64,000 bases of DNA from a virus. This document shows, piece by piece, positions 39,822 through 48,483 of the stretch; the stretch's first letter is position 1; every line of letters starts with the position of its first letter. The DNA lies in the IMG/VR virus record IMGVR_UViG_3300020424_000002, positions 1 to 64,000 of that record, one strand, 5' to 3'. A program made the translations under genes and the position numbers. Under the pieces are notes generated by a model, which searched no databases, was not told the origin of the DNA, and saw nothing but the letters and a program-made list of their open reading frames with translations.

Positions 39822-40912
39822 TAATCATACTTAGTACCATTTAATGATACATTACCTTTTATTCTTACTGCTTTAGTTTTATTCGTAAGTGTTAAATCAA
39901 TATTCCCATCAGCAGTCAAACTAATATTACCACCATCTTCGGTAGTACCTTTAGAAGCAATTAAATTATAATTACCATTGGAGAGTTCTATATCTGCACT
40001 TCCACCAATTAATATTTTCTTATCTTTTAAAGTAATCTCATAAGAGTCATTGACTATTTTCATAGTTTGAGAACCATCTGGTAATACTTCTAAACGAGTC
40101 CCAGACCTATGATACATGTGAATTCTTTCGGATGCTGGTGTGTCATCTAATTCTAGGACATGACCAGATTCAGATTCTATTACATGATTAAAAGGATAAA
40201 CTGGATTTACTACTGACTTACCTCTAGTTAATTCTTTGACTGTATTACCCTTAGACCTTTCAATCATATTATTTGGATAATTACTTGCACCACCAGTCGT
40301 TGCAATTTTATTTACATCGGAGCTAGACCTTTTAGTATAAGACTCTTTTGGATATCTTACACCTTTATCTGGATTATTAATCTTAGTACCAGAACCATCT
40401 AACTTCTGGTCTAAACTATCTGGGATTCTTGGTGAAGTGTCTAGTGCTTGAGTTAGATTCCAGTTACGACCATTATTACTATTTTTTGCACCATCGATAG
40501 AGTTGATATAATCTTTTCTAGTATCTCTACGAGGGTCATTGAATCCATGTTCGGCACTACGAGATATTGGATTAGAACCATCACCCTGTGGTATTTTCCA
40601 GTCATTACTTGGTAACCCAAACAGTGAACCCATGACTACAAAGTCTTGCATATCATATTCATCTCGGAACATACCCATGACAGTTGTACCTTCAACCAAA
40701 CCATGTGGAGACAGACCTAGACCAGACAAGGATGCTGTAGAGGTCGGCATAAGGACATCACACCAAGGTAAGTCTGGAGTTGCAATAAGAGTCTTGTCAT
40801 CGGTATGCAGTCCATAGATACGCACACGAACTCGACCAACTTGTAATGGGTCGTTTCGGTCTTCGACTACTCCTGTATAAAAGTTTGATTGTAATCCTGT
40901 AAATTTCGGCAT
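39821..40912 (-). CDS. gp5: Baseplate hub/spike gp5 (no lysozyme domain)
   Basis: GVVEDRNDPL.VGRVRVRIYGLH, DLPW, YPFNHVIESESGHVLELDDTP..ERIHMYHRSGT. Confidence 0.93.
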   Translation of the reverse strand: MPKFTGLQSNFYTGVVEDRNDPLQVGRVRVRIYGLHTDDKTLIATPDLPWCDVLMPTSTASLSGLGLSPHGLVEGTTVMGMFRDEYDMQDFVVMGSLFGLPSNDWKIPQGDGSNPISRSAEHGFNDPRRDTRKDYINSIDGAKNSNNGRNWNLTQALDTSPRIPDSLDQKLDGSGTKINNPDKGVRYPKESYTKRSSSDVNKIATTGGASNYPNNMIERSKGNTVKELTRGKSVVNPVYPFNHVIESESGHVLELDDTPASERIHMYHRSGTRLEVLPDGSQTMKIVNDSYEITLKDKKILIGGSADIELSNGNYNLIASKGTTEDGGNISLTADGNIDLTLTNKTKAVRIKGNVSLNGTKYD

Positions 40913-41289
40913 CAGTTTAATCCTAATAGTTCTCTGTACATTCGGTCTTTAGGGTCGATTATTTTTATTCTAGGTTCATGTCGTAAAGGTAGAACCTCGT
41001 AGTTATCGTCTAGGTAAATGTAAGAACAAATAATCAGTTCATCACCTATGTTGGTAAGATGAGCTCCTGCACCATTGACTGAAACTTCATTCGAACCTCT
41101 GGGTAAAGGTAGGACATAAGTCGTATGTCGGTTACCATTGGTTTTATTATAGACATCAACCTGTTCATGGACTAGGAGTCCCACCTCATCCATCCAGTCT
41201 TCGTCAATTAAAATAGAACCTTCATAATCTAAATCTACATCGGTACAAACTGCACCATGTATTTTACTATTTAAAAAACATCGTGTCAT
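40912..41289 (-). CDS. panD: Aspartate 1-decarboxylase (pyruvoyl-dependent)
   Basis: K9, H11, YEG24-S25 self-cleavage site, R54, T57-Y58 and N72-G73-A74 are all at E. coli PanD numbering. Confidence 0.93.
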   Translation of the reverse strand: MTRCFLNSKIHGAVCTDVDLDYEGSILIDEDWMDEVGLLVHEQVDVYNKTNGNRHTTYVLPLPRGSNEVSVNGAGAHLTNIGDELIICSYIYLDDNYEVLPLRHEPRIKIIDPKDRMYRELLGLN

Positions 41290-41474
41290 TATTTAATCCT
41301 TGAATGTTTACCATTCCCTTTATTATTACCAGAATCATATTCTGTTAATGCTTTAAAATATTCTCTTTTTTTAATATTAAATTTATACCAAAAAATATTC
41401 ATACCTCTAGGGTTTGAATGTTCCCCTATCATTAAAATAATACATGCAAGTAAAGGTATGAATATAAATTCCAT
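41289..41474 (-). CDS. Small hypothetical membrane protein
   Basis: Hydrophobic N-terminus; TAATG overlap with panD. Confidence 0.6.
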   Translation of the reverse strand: MEFIFIPLLACIILMIGEHSNPRGMNIFWYKFNIKKREYFKALTEYDSGNNKGNGKHSRIK

Positions 41475-41475
41475 A

Positions 41476-41616
41476 TTAAAATATCCAAAATAATAAAAGA
41501 GTAAATAATACTCCCTTAATAAAACAAATCCATGCTAATTCATAGTCATTAATACCAGTTAAATCAATAAATTCATACATCATTTCCTTATGTTTGTCTA
41601 TTATTTTTTCTAACAT
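41476..41616 (-). CDS. Small membrane protein (46 aa), not in ORF track
   Basis: MLEKIIDKHKEMMYEFIDLTGINDYELAWICFIKGVLFTLLLFWIF with a strong AGGAG RBS. Confidence 0.7.
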   Translation of the reverse strand: MLEKIIDKHKEMMYEFIDLTGINDYELAWICFIKGVLFTLLLFWIF

Positions 41617-41645
41617 ATATTTCTCCTATGTTTATTATTATTATT

Positions 41646-41739
41646 TAGGAGTCCCAGATAAACTCTAGGAGTCCCAGAACTTCCCAAGACATTTTAGGGC
41701 TGAGCAAAGGGCACAAAAAAATACCCTAGGAGTCCCAAA
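41646..41739. repeat. Three direct repeats of TAGGAGTCCCA (iteron-like)
   Basis: Copies start at 41646, 41666 and 41727; a fourth lies at 41173 inside panD. Confidence 0.85.
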
Positions 41740-41760
41740 CTACTGTCCCTTCGAGGCTCT

Positions 41761-43275
41761 CTAATATTGTGGTTCTGGCCCATGGTCTGCATGAGTATCC
41801 ATAGACACTTGATATCCATCCGAGGTGACTGTGAGTTGTGTTTCGAGTCCATCTCCTGTCCCTCTCCAAGTAATACCTTCTACAAGCATCTTGCCATTGT
41901 GCGTTATCTCATCCTTCACTGTAGTAGTCGGAGTTGGTTGTTTGATATCTATATTGATGACCATACCAGATGAAATATTAGTTCTCCCAGATATCTGAAT
42001 GTCCATACGATTACTCTCGAATAGTTTTTCTACTCTATCTCTGTTTAATTTATCACTCTCAGTCCCATATAATACACTATTTCCACTCGGATTTACTCCT
42101 TGACCCATGGAAAAAGGTGTATTATAATCAAAAGTGATAGACGCGCCTGGGTTTTCTATGATACTATCTCCCTTATGGGCAACAGTAGCGGTATCTAAGA
42201 CGCTTCCAACGCCCCCATCTGGTGGTATTCTGATAGATTCATTAGATAATCGGAAATTTGGCGCCTCACTTAAGGACTTTTTCTTGTAAGTAACTGCATC
42301 TCCACCTCTTTTTCCCTGTTTGAGAGAGAATTGTTGTGTAAATTGACTGTCAACAGTGGTCAAAGTCTTTGCAATAGGGTTATATACCTGTATAGCACCC
42401 CCATATAGGCCGTGAGAGTGATTATCTAAGACATTATGTGTGTTTCTCTTAATGTAGGAGAGTATGTCGTTCCCGCGTGCATCTACGAAGTCGTAATTAA
42501 AAGAGTCATCTCCATCTCCCATACGCGGAGCAAACTTCACATCTCCCTCTAAGTACTCTACTTTCATCATAGACTCCACATTGTGAAACTTAAAGCCATT
42601 TAATGCTGTCTGATAGAAGTAATAAGAGTCGCCCCAAGGCTTATCGGTGTCGTCTGAGGTGTGGTCTCTCAGCCACTCTAAGGTTTTATGCACTGACCAA
42701 TTAGGTACTAGGACTGAGGTTTCATCTCCCTCGGACTGAAAGACACTAAAGTAATTACCGAGTTCCTTCCCCCCTGGCGTATGCACTTTAGCATTGCTTT
42801 TATTCCCCTTAAATAATAATTTATCTTGACATATTTTATTTAATATATCTCCAGTCTTGCCTCTATACATCTGAGATATTCTCTGAGTTCTTGCTAAATA
42901 TTCCAAAGGAGAACAAAATTCTAGATTATATAATGTATTTGTAGGGTTATCTATGTCTCTGTAATGGACTGAAACATTAAATATTCGGAATACTTGGTCA
43001 ATTTGTTGGTCTGCTGGGACTATTTCTTCGTTTCCCTGTATACCACCGATATGTATTCGAATATATTCTTGACCAGTAAATCCAATACGATTAAAGAAAT
43101 TTGCAGAGTCCGCTAGTGTAATAGAACCTGTAAGAAACATCTGATAAATACTTTCAGATATCTCAAAGTCTACCATTAAATTACTTACTTCATAGGAATT
43201 ACCTTCATTATTACTAATAGTAATACTCTCAATCCTATAAGAATTAGGTTGATTTCTTCCGACTGTAATAGGCAT
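41761..43275 (-). CDS. Baseplate hub protein (gp27-like)
   Basis: I.ESIY..FLTGSITLADS, GFTGQEYI.I, YYFYQT..GF.F..VE, G....SSG.VI.I, HNGKMLV; lies between gp53 and gp5. Confidence 0.72.
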   Translation of the reverse strand: MPITVGRNQPNSYRIESITISNNEGNSYEVSNLMVDFEISESIYQMFLTGSITLADSANFFNRIGFTGQEYIRIHIGGIQGNEEIVPADQQIDQVFRIFNVSVHYRDIDNPTNTLYNLEFCSPLEYLARTQRISQMYRGKTGDILNKICQDKLLFKGNKSNAKVHTPGGKELGNYFSVFQSEGDETSVLVPNWSVHKTLEWLRDHTSDDTDKPWGDSYYFYQTALNGFKFHNVESMMKVEYLEGDVKFAPRMGDGDDSFNYDFVDARGNDILSYIKRNTHNVLDNHSHGLYGGAIQVYNPIAKTLTTVDSQFTQQFSLKQGKRGGDAVTYKKKSLSEAPNFRLSNESIRIPPDGGVGSVLDTATVAHKGDSIIENPGASITFDYNTPFSMGQGVNPSGNSVLYGTESDKLNRDRVEKLFESNRMDIQISGRTNISSGMVINIDIKQPTPTTTVKDEITHNGKMLVEGITWRGTGDGLETQLTVTSDGYQVSMDTHADHGPEPQY

Positions 43276-43281
43276 TTCTGA

Positions 43282-44007
43282 TTATTCTCTTATCATACTC
43301 TTGAATTCTCTGAGTAATTGTGGTACAAAGTCTGTTTTAATATACCTTATATTCCTCTTCGAATCATTTAGAGTTTGTTCATATTCACTATTGGTGACCA
43401 TAGTAGTGGTCTCTGAGGTTGTTTTGTTACCATCTGAGTTGATATAATGGTGTGGACTATCTGAAAAATTTCTGACCGAACTAAGAGTAAAACTCTTGGA
43501 CGACTGGGAGCCTGTGACAGTTTCGTTTACTTGGAATATACCTTGGACATCATTGAGAATTAATTGTTTATTAGTAGGGTCTATCTTGGTGACATATCCA
43601 AATGCCGAACTGGTAGAACCTACTACCTTTTCTCCCTGTAAAAATTTCGAATCCGAACTAGATACGATATCCGACTGTTGGTTGCTGACCAGTGCTTTAC
43701 CACTATATTTTCTTGCAATAAATCGTTCTAATATGGACTGAGATTTGGGCCAATCATTATAGGTTGCAAATTGGTCATTTACCATCCAGAATAACCAGTA
43801 TAAGGTTGCATCTCCATATAGTTTAGTTGCAAGGACATCTGGTCTGTCTTGGTCATTAATATAATAATATTCGTATCCTGTGACCGCTTCATCACTGTTA
43901 TCTCTGACTCTAATATTACGAAAGATGTCTTTTGCTTCTATAAGTTCACCATCATTTTTGACATCGAAGTCAATAGTTGGATAATGTTTAAAGTATTTTT
44001 CTGCCAT
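43282..44007 (-). CDS. gp53: Baseplate wedge gp53
   Basis: YFKHYPTI, DRPDVLATKLYGDATLYWLF..VND....WP, HHY, VTNSEYE..LND.KR.I. Confidence 0.93.
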   Translation of the reverse strand: MAEKYFKHYPTIDFDVKNDGELIEAKDIFRNIRVRDNSDEAVTGYEYYYINDQDRPDVLATKLYGDATLYWLFWMVNDQFATYNDWPKSQSILERFIARKYSGKALVSNQQSDIVSSSDSKFLQGEKVVGSTSSAFGYVTKIDPTNKQLILNDVQGIFQVNETVTGSQSSKSFTLSSVRNFSDSPHHYINSDGNKTTSETTTMVTNSEYEQTLNDSKRNIRYIKTDFVPQLLREFKSMIRE

Positions 44008-45390
44008 TTATTCTCCCTCTACCTTTCTCCTTACTCCCCATGTTTCAATTGTTCTTTTCCCACTTGAAATGAAATATGCTTCATACTCAGGCCCTAATTG
44101 TCTTGCATAATTTTTGGCCATATGAGCAGCACTTTTACTAGTCCATGTTCTTTTTGCTAACTCAGCATCTTCTGTTGCCTCGTCTGTTGCTTTTTTATCA
44201 TTTACTTGGTCTTTTAAGTTTGTCTCAAAATCTCTTAATTCTTTTGCAACATCTTGTTCTCTACCTCTTGCATTTGCAGCCACTCTATCAATATATCTAA
44301 TTCTATCAATGTTGAGTATTTCTTGGAAAGACAAATTTAATATAACACCATTAGGATAATGTTGCATTGCAGAGTAATCATTTTGAGAAAAACCAGTATT
44401 ATCTTCGTCTTTTTGAGGGAATGACTCAATAAATGACATATCTTTACCACCAGAATAGTCCACATCACATGCAGTTAAGAAACAGTTTTGTGGATGTTCT
44501 ATGTGTCCTAATATAGGGCCTCTAAAGTCTATACTCCACTCTGCAGGCATTAACATTTGTCTTCTATTAGCACTCATAGACATTGGTAACATCATAGTCT
44601 TAAACCAATGTATTATTTTAGTAATTTCTTCTGCATCTGCTTTATTATATGGATTTAAACTAAATGAATAACTATGATTTCTAAATGTTACTCCTTGGAA
44701 TGTATTAAATTTAGGATTACCTGTGACTACTCCACTCTGTAGTTGTTCAAATGATACTAATCCTTCTCTTATTTTGTCGTATTGTTCTCCTAACATGGCT
44801 TTAAAATCTGTGCCTCTGAACTGAGATAAATCATTAACTGCAATATCAGCAAGACCAATATCTCTGACCTCATAATCAACATTGACTGCATCTTTGACAT
44901 TATTTGGAAAATACAACATAATAGTACATTCATCTGCACTATTATATTCTTTACCAGTATCTTTATCAATGTTTAAAGATAATCCATAATCATTAGGGTT
45001 TCCCACCCCTTGCGTCTTAGTTCCAGCAGCTAATCCAGCATGTGCTTTATGGATAGTTCTGAATATAATCCAGTTGTCAACAAATCTATTATCATCTGTA
45101 GGGAATCTCATTATTTCCCTACCTTCTGGTTTAACCTCTGATGTTATTTGTGCAATAGATTCACCTATGGCTTTTTCTGCTTTTGCTCTTCCTTCTGCAT
45201 TTAATAATGCTTCTTCTGTAATTTTAGATGGAATATTAGATAATTTAATACCTGTTTTCATTGCAATTAGGTCATCTAATGCACCACTTATTTTTGAATT
45301 AAATGATGCTCTTTGACCACCAAGTGCAGAGTTTAAGTCCTCTTTAATAGAACCAAGCAGTTTTGCTTTAAGGGATTTGAAAAAATTCAT
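44008..45390 (-). CDS. gp48: Baseplate tail-tube cap gp48
   Basis: I.LYFP, NP....FQGV.FR.HSY.F.L.P.N..DA..I..II..FK, C.LT.C.VDY, LNLSFQE. Confidence 0.85.
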   Translation of the reverse strand: MNFFKSLKAKLLGSIKEDLNSALGGQRASFNSKISGALDDLIAMKTGIKLSNIPSKITEEALLNAEGRAKAEKAIGESIAQITSEVKPEGREIMRFPTDDNRFVDNWIIFRTIHKAHAGLAAGTKTQGVGNPNDYGLSLNIDKDTGKEYNSADECTIMLYFPNNVKDAVNVDYEVRDIGLADIAVNDLSQFRGTDFKAMLGEQYDKIREGLVSFEQLQSGVVTGNPKFNTFQGVTFRNHSYSFSLNPYNKADAEEITKIIHWFKTMMLPMSMSANRRQMLMPAEWSIDFRGPILGHIEHPQNCFLTACDVDYSGGKDMSFIESFPQKDEDNTGFSQNDYSAMQHYPNGVILNLSFQEILNIDRIRYIDRVAANARGREQDVAKELRDFETNLKDQVNDKKATDEATEDAELAKRTWTSKSAAHMAKNYARQLGPEYEAYFISSGKRTIETWGVRRKVEGE

Positions 45391-45433
45391 ATAAATATCT
45401 CTATAAGGTTAATGTATGTATAAGGTATTTATA
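45390..45433. promoter_or_regulatory. Face-to-face T4 late promoters between divergent gp48 and gp4
   Basis: TATAAATA on + at 45390-45397 and on - at 45426-45433, each overlapping the ATG of the opposite gene. Confidence 0.8.
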
Positions 45434-45864
45434 TGAGTTACAAGGGAAGATTCAAGCCAAAGAACTATAAAAAATATAAAGGTGACCCAACAAAAATTAC
45501 TTATCGTTCTATGTGGGAATTAAGGTTTATGAAGTATTGTGATAAGAATGATTCTATTCTAGAATGGAGTAGTGAAGAGATTATTATACCTTATCGTTCC
45601 ATTGATAATAAAGTCCATCGATATTATCCAGACTTTTGGATTAAATATAAGAACTTTGAGGGTAAGATAATTCAAGAAATAATAGAAGTTAAACCCAAAG
45701 CACAATGTGTAAGACCTAGTAAGAAAGGTAAACATTATGGTAAATATCTTCGTGAAGCAAGACGATATGCAATCAATGAGTCTAAATGGGATGCAGCGAG
45801 AGAGTTTTGTTTGGATAGAGGATATAAATTTAGAATATTAACCGAAGACCATCTAGTCAAATAG
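45433..45864 (+). CDS. gp4: Head completion nuclease gp4
   Basis: YKGRFKPKNYKKYKGDPT.I.YRS.WE, WSSEEI.IPY, HRYYPDF, IEVKP, N.SKW.AA. Confidence 0.95.
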   Translation: MSYKGRFKPKNYKKYKGDPTKITYRSMWELRFMKYCDKNDSILEWSSEEIIIPYRSIDNKVHRYYPDFWIKYKNFEGKIIQEIIEVKPKAQCVRPSKKGKHYGKYLREARRYAINESKWDAAREFCLDRGYKFRILTEDHLVK

Positions 45865-45865
45865 C

Positions 45866-45904
45866 AAGAAAGACGAGGGTTCTTATGTTTCATTCGTCTT
45901 TCTT
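45866..45904. terminator. Stem-loop between convergent genes (probable terminator)
   Basis: 11-bp inverted repeat aagaaagacga / tcgtctttctt right after the gp4 stop. Confidence 0.6.
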
Positions 45905-46024
45905 AACTCTTCCAGACCTAGGGAAGGGAGCGACCACTTCATTATTCTCCTGTCTGGGATTATCCCCTACGACCTATGGGGTCACGCCGTTACTTTATTA
46001 TAAATCCATATCTCCAAACCTCAC

Positions 46025-46282
46025 TTAAATATCTGCTTTTTCTAACATTGAAAGAGGAACTCTGTATTGTTGACCTCTCATTTGAACAACCGCTTTCTTT
46101 AGTTTAATCTCGATGATTTTACCATAAGTTTTTTTAGTCTTTTGAACTACGAAAACACCATCACCTGCTTTGAAAGATGCCTTTGCAAGTGCATCCAATA
46201 TATCTTTACCAAAATTGTAAATTTCTGCTAACTGTTCTGGAGTTTTAATCTTTGACAGTTCTTTAATTAATGTTTTATTCAT
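46025..46282 (-). CDS. Small early hypothetical protein (SH3/KOW-like C-terminus)
   Basis: FKAGDGVFVV.K.K...G.I..I..KKAVV.M....YRVP..ML; GAGG RBS and its own sigma70 promoter. Confidence 0.75.
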   Translation of the reverse strand: MNKTLIKELSKIKTPEQLAEIYNFGKDILDALAKASFKAGDGVFVVQKTKKTYGKIIEIKLKKAVVQMRGQQYRVPLSMLEKADI

Positions 46283-46306
46283 ATTTCCTCACTTAATTAC
46301 AAGAGT

Positions 46307-46336
46307 ATTATACAAAAATATGTACCTATCTGTCAA
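46307..46336 (-). promoter_or_regulatory. Sigma70-type early promoter
   Basis: TTGACA-N18(GATAGGTACATATTTTTG)-TATAAT. Confidence 0.85.
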
Positions 46337-46341
46337 AGTGG

Positions 46342-46349
46342 TATAAATA
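46342..46349 (+). promoter_or_regulatory. T4 late promoter for gp2
   Basis: TATAAATA 5 nt before the ATG at 46355. Confidence 0.8.
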
Positions 46350-46354
46350 CATGT

Positions 46355-46939
46355 ATGGCAGGATTATTCGACAAGTTAGAAAGAGAAGCCTTTAGAGGTG
46401 GAATCCAAGCAAGGACTAAAGAGTCCATGAGATGGTTTAGAACTCGTGTCTCTCAAATAAAAGGTGTCAATAGAAACCAATTGATGAAAGATGCAAGAAA
46501 TAGAAAAAGGTTCATATATGGTGACATGTATATGTACATGTATGACCCTAAACATAAACGAACCTTACCTTATTATGATAGATTCCCTCTTACTATACCA
46601 ATAGAACCAGCAAAAGGTGGTTTTTTAGGGTTAAACTTGCATTATTTACCACATACATTGAGAGCTCAGTTTTTAGACCAATTATATGACCGAACAAATA
46701 ACACTAAGTATGACGAATCAACTAGATTTAATGTCACATATCAATTACTTAAAGGTATTAGTGGTAAACCATATTTTAAACCATGTGTAAAACATTATTT
46801 AACCAGTCAGATACGAAGCAGTTTTGCAATAGTAGACTCAGCAGATTGGGAGATTGCAATATTTCTACCAACTGAATCATTTAGAAAGTCTACTATGGAT
46901 AATGTCTGGAAAGAAAGTAGGAAGAAAATAGCAGGATGA
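46355..46939 (+). CDS. gp2: DNA end protector gp2
   Basis: G.MYMYMYDPKHK.TLPYYDRFPL, GFLGLNLHYL, KPCVKHYL, W..AIFLPTE.F. Confidence 0.95.
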   Translation: MAGLFDKLEREAFRGGIQARTKESMRWFRTRVSQIKGVNRNQLMKDARNRKRFIYGDMYMYMYDPKHKRTLPYYDRFPLTIPIEPAKGGFLGLNLHYLPHTLRAQFLDQLYDRTNNTKYDESTRFNVTYQLLKGISGKPYFKPCVKHYLTSQIRSSFAIVDSADWEIAIFLPTESFRKSTMDNVWKESRKKIAG

Positions 46940-47547
46940 AATTAGAAAGATTTAAAGCACAGATAGATAATTTGCAAAGACCCAATAGATATAATATATC
47001 AATGTTTGGCACTGGTGCAAAGACTGGTGGTCTATCAATCAGAGGATTAAAATGTGAATCTGCAACTATGCCAGGCAGAGGTTTCTTTACTCAAGAGGAA
47101 TCAGAATATGGGCCTAAAAGAGCAATCCCACACAAACCACAATATGACCAATTTGATTGTTCTTTTTATATGACAAACGATTTTGAAGAAAGAGAGTTGA
47201 TTGAATTGTGGCAATCACAAATAAATTCATTTCAAAGTGGTAATTTTCACAGTAAATTTCATGATGATTATACTGGAATTATATTACTAGAAATGTTAGA
47301 TAAAAATGATTTTGTTAATTACAGATGTATCATGACTGATGCATTTCCATTACAATTAGGTGTAATAAATGTAGGATATGAGAATACAGATGTAATGAAA
47401 TTTAACGCACAATTTAGATATAGATATTGGAATAGTGAATTTACTAATTCTAAACCATCTAACCTAATTACTGGTTATTTGGATAAATATTTTTCTAAAC
47501 TTGGAAACAAGGTAAGAGGTAAAATCGAAGATGCAATCTTTGATTAA
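46936..47547 (+). CDS. Tail-tube-like baseplate protein (gp54-like)
   Basis: LQRPNRY, CESA.MPGR, F....D..ER...E.WQ, AFP, F.YRYW; lies between gp2 and gp26. Confidence 0.78.
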   Translation: MKLERFKAQIDNLQRPNRYNISMFGTGAKTGGLSIRGLKCESATMPGRGFFTQEESEYGPKRAIPHKPQYDQFDCSFYMTNDFEERELIELWQSQINSFQSGNFHSKFHDDYTGIILLEMLDKNDFVNYRCIMTDAFPLQLGVINVGYENTDVMKFNAQFRYRYWNSEFTNSKPSNLITGYLDKYFSKLGNKVRGKIEDAIFD

Positions 47548-47563
47548 TTGATAGGAGTATATT

Positions 47564-48289
47564 ATGGCATTACCTAAATTAAATACTATAGAGTATTTTT
47601 GTAAGTTACCTGTCTCTGGTAGAGAAGCAAAATACCGACCATTCACTGTAGGTGAACAAAAGGTATTACTTCAAGCACTAGAAGATGGAGAAGTTAAGAC
47701 GATATCTAACACTGTTGTCAACTTAGTTGACTCGTGTTGCACTTTAACTGAGTCGAAAGACACTGTTAGGGATTTATCGAATACAGACTTAGAGTACTTA
47801 TTCTTACAAGTAAGGATTAAGTCTGTTGGTGAAGTCACCAATGTAGTACTTGGTTGTGAAAACCAACCTACATGTGATGGACAATCTACTGTAGAAGTAG
47901 ATTTAACAAGTATTGATATTGAAGGAGAAATTAAGGATAATAAAATTATGTTAACAGATAGTGTTGGTGTAACTCTAAAAGTTCCTAATTTCAACGAAAT
48001 ACAAGCAACTATTGGAGATATAACTGAAATAGGTTCTAGTGACATATTCAGTGTATTAGCACAATCAATAGAATCTATATTTGATGCAGAAGAAGTCCAT
48101 AATAAAGGTGATTTTACAACCAAAGAGTTAAATGATTTTGTTAATGAATTATCTACAGAACAATTTAACAATATAATGGAATGGTTTAGTAGCTTACCAA
48201 AACTGATTAAGGATGTCGAATACAATTGCAGTAAATGTGGAACACCATGTAAGGTTAGGTTAGAAGGAATACAGAATTTTTTCGTCTAA
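47564..48289 (+). CDS. gp26: Baseplate hub assembly protein gp26
   Basis: MALPKLN, KYRPFTV.EQKVLL.A, DLEYLFLQVR.KSVGE, CxxC motif, LEGIQNFF. Confidence 0.92.
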   Translation: MALPKLNTIEYFCKLPVSGREAKYRPFTVGEQKVLLQALEDGEVKTISNTVVNLVDSCCTLTESKDTVRDLSNTDLEYLFLQVRIKSVGEVTNVVLGCENQPTCDGQSTVEVDLTSIDIEGEIKDNKIMLTDSVGVTLKVPNFNEIQATIGDITEIGSSDIFSVLAQSIESIFDAEEVHNKGDFTTKELNDFVNELSTEQFNNIMEWFSSLPKLIKDVEYNCSKCGTPCKVRLEGIQNFFV

Positions 48290-48474
48290 CCCTTTCTCAT
48301 GAAACACTTGCAAATTATATTCAAACAAACTTTGGTTTAATCCAACATCATGGTTGGTCACTAAACGAACTGGATGATATGCATCCATGGGAAAGGGAAA
48401 TATATGTTTCCCTACTACTACAACATCTCGAAGAAGAGGAGTTGAAGTATAAACAAGCTCAAAATAAAAGATAG
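48277..48474 (+). CDS. gp51: gp51-like hub assembly ORF with no start codon (probable -1 frameshift extension of gp26)
   Basis: Manual translation FFRLTLSHETLANYIQTNFGLIQHHGWSLNELDDMHPWEREIYVSLLLQHLEEE. The frame is closed upstream by TAG at 48256-48258, with no ATG/GTG/TTG before the conserved motif. Slippery T TTT TTC at 48277-48283. Confidence 0.8.
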   Translation, partial: FFRLTLSHETLANYIQTNFGLIQHHGWSLNELDDMHPWEREIYVSLLLQHLEEEELKYKQAQNKR

Positions 48475-48483
48475 GAGAGTATT

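Noticed and set aside
3471-45316. Numerous plus-strand ORFs of 60-140 aa
   Set aside because: Antisense shadows of well-supported minus-strand structural genes, with no recognisable motifs.
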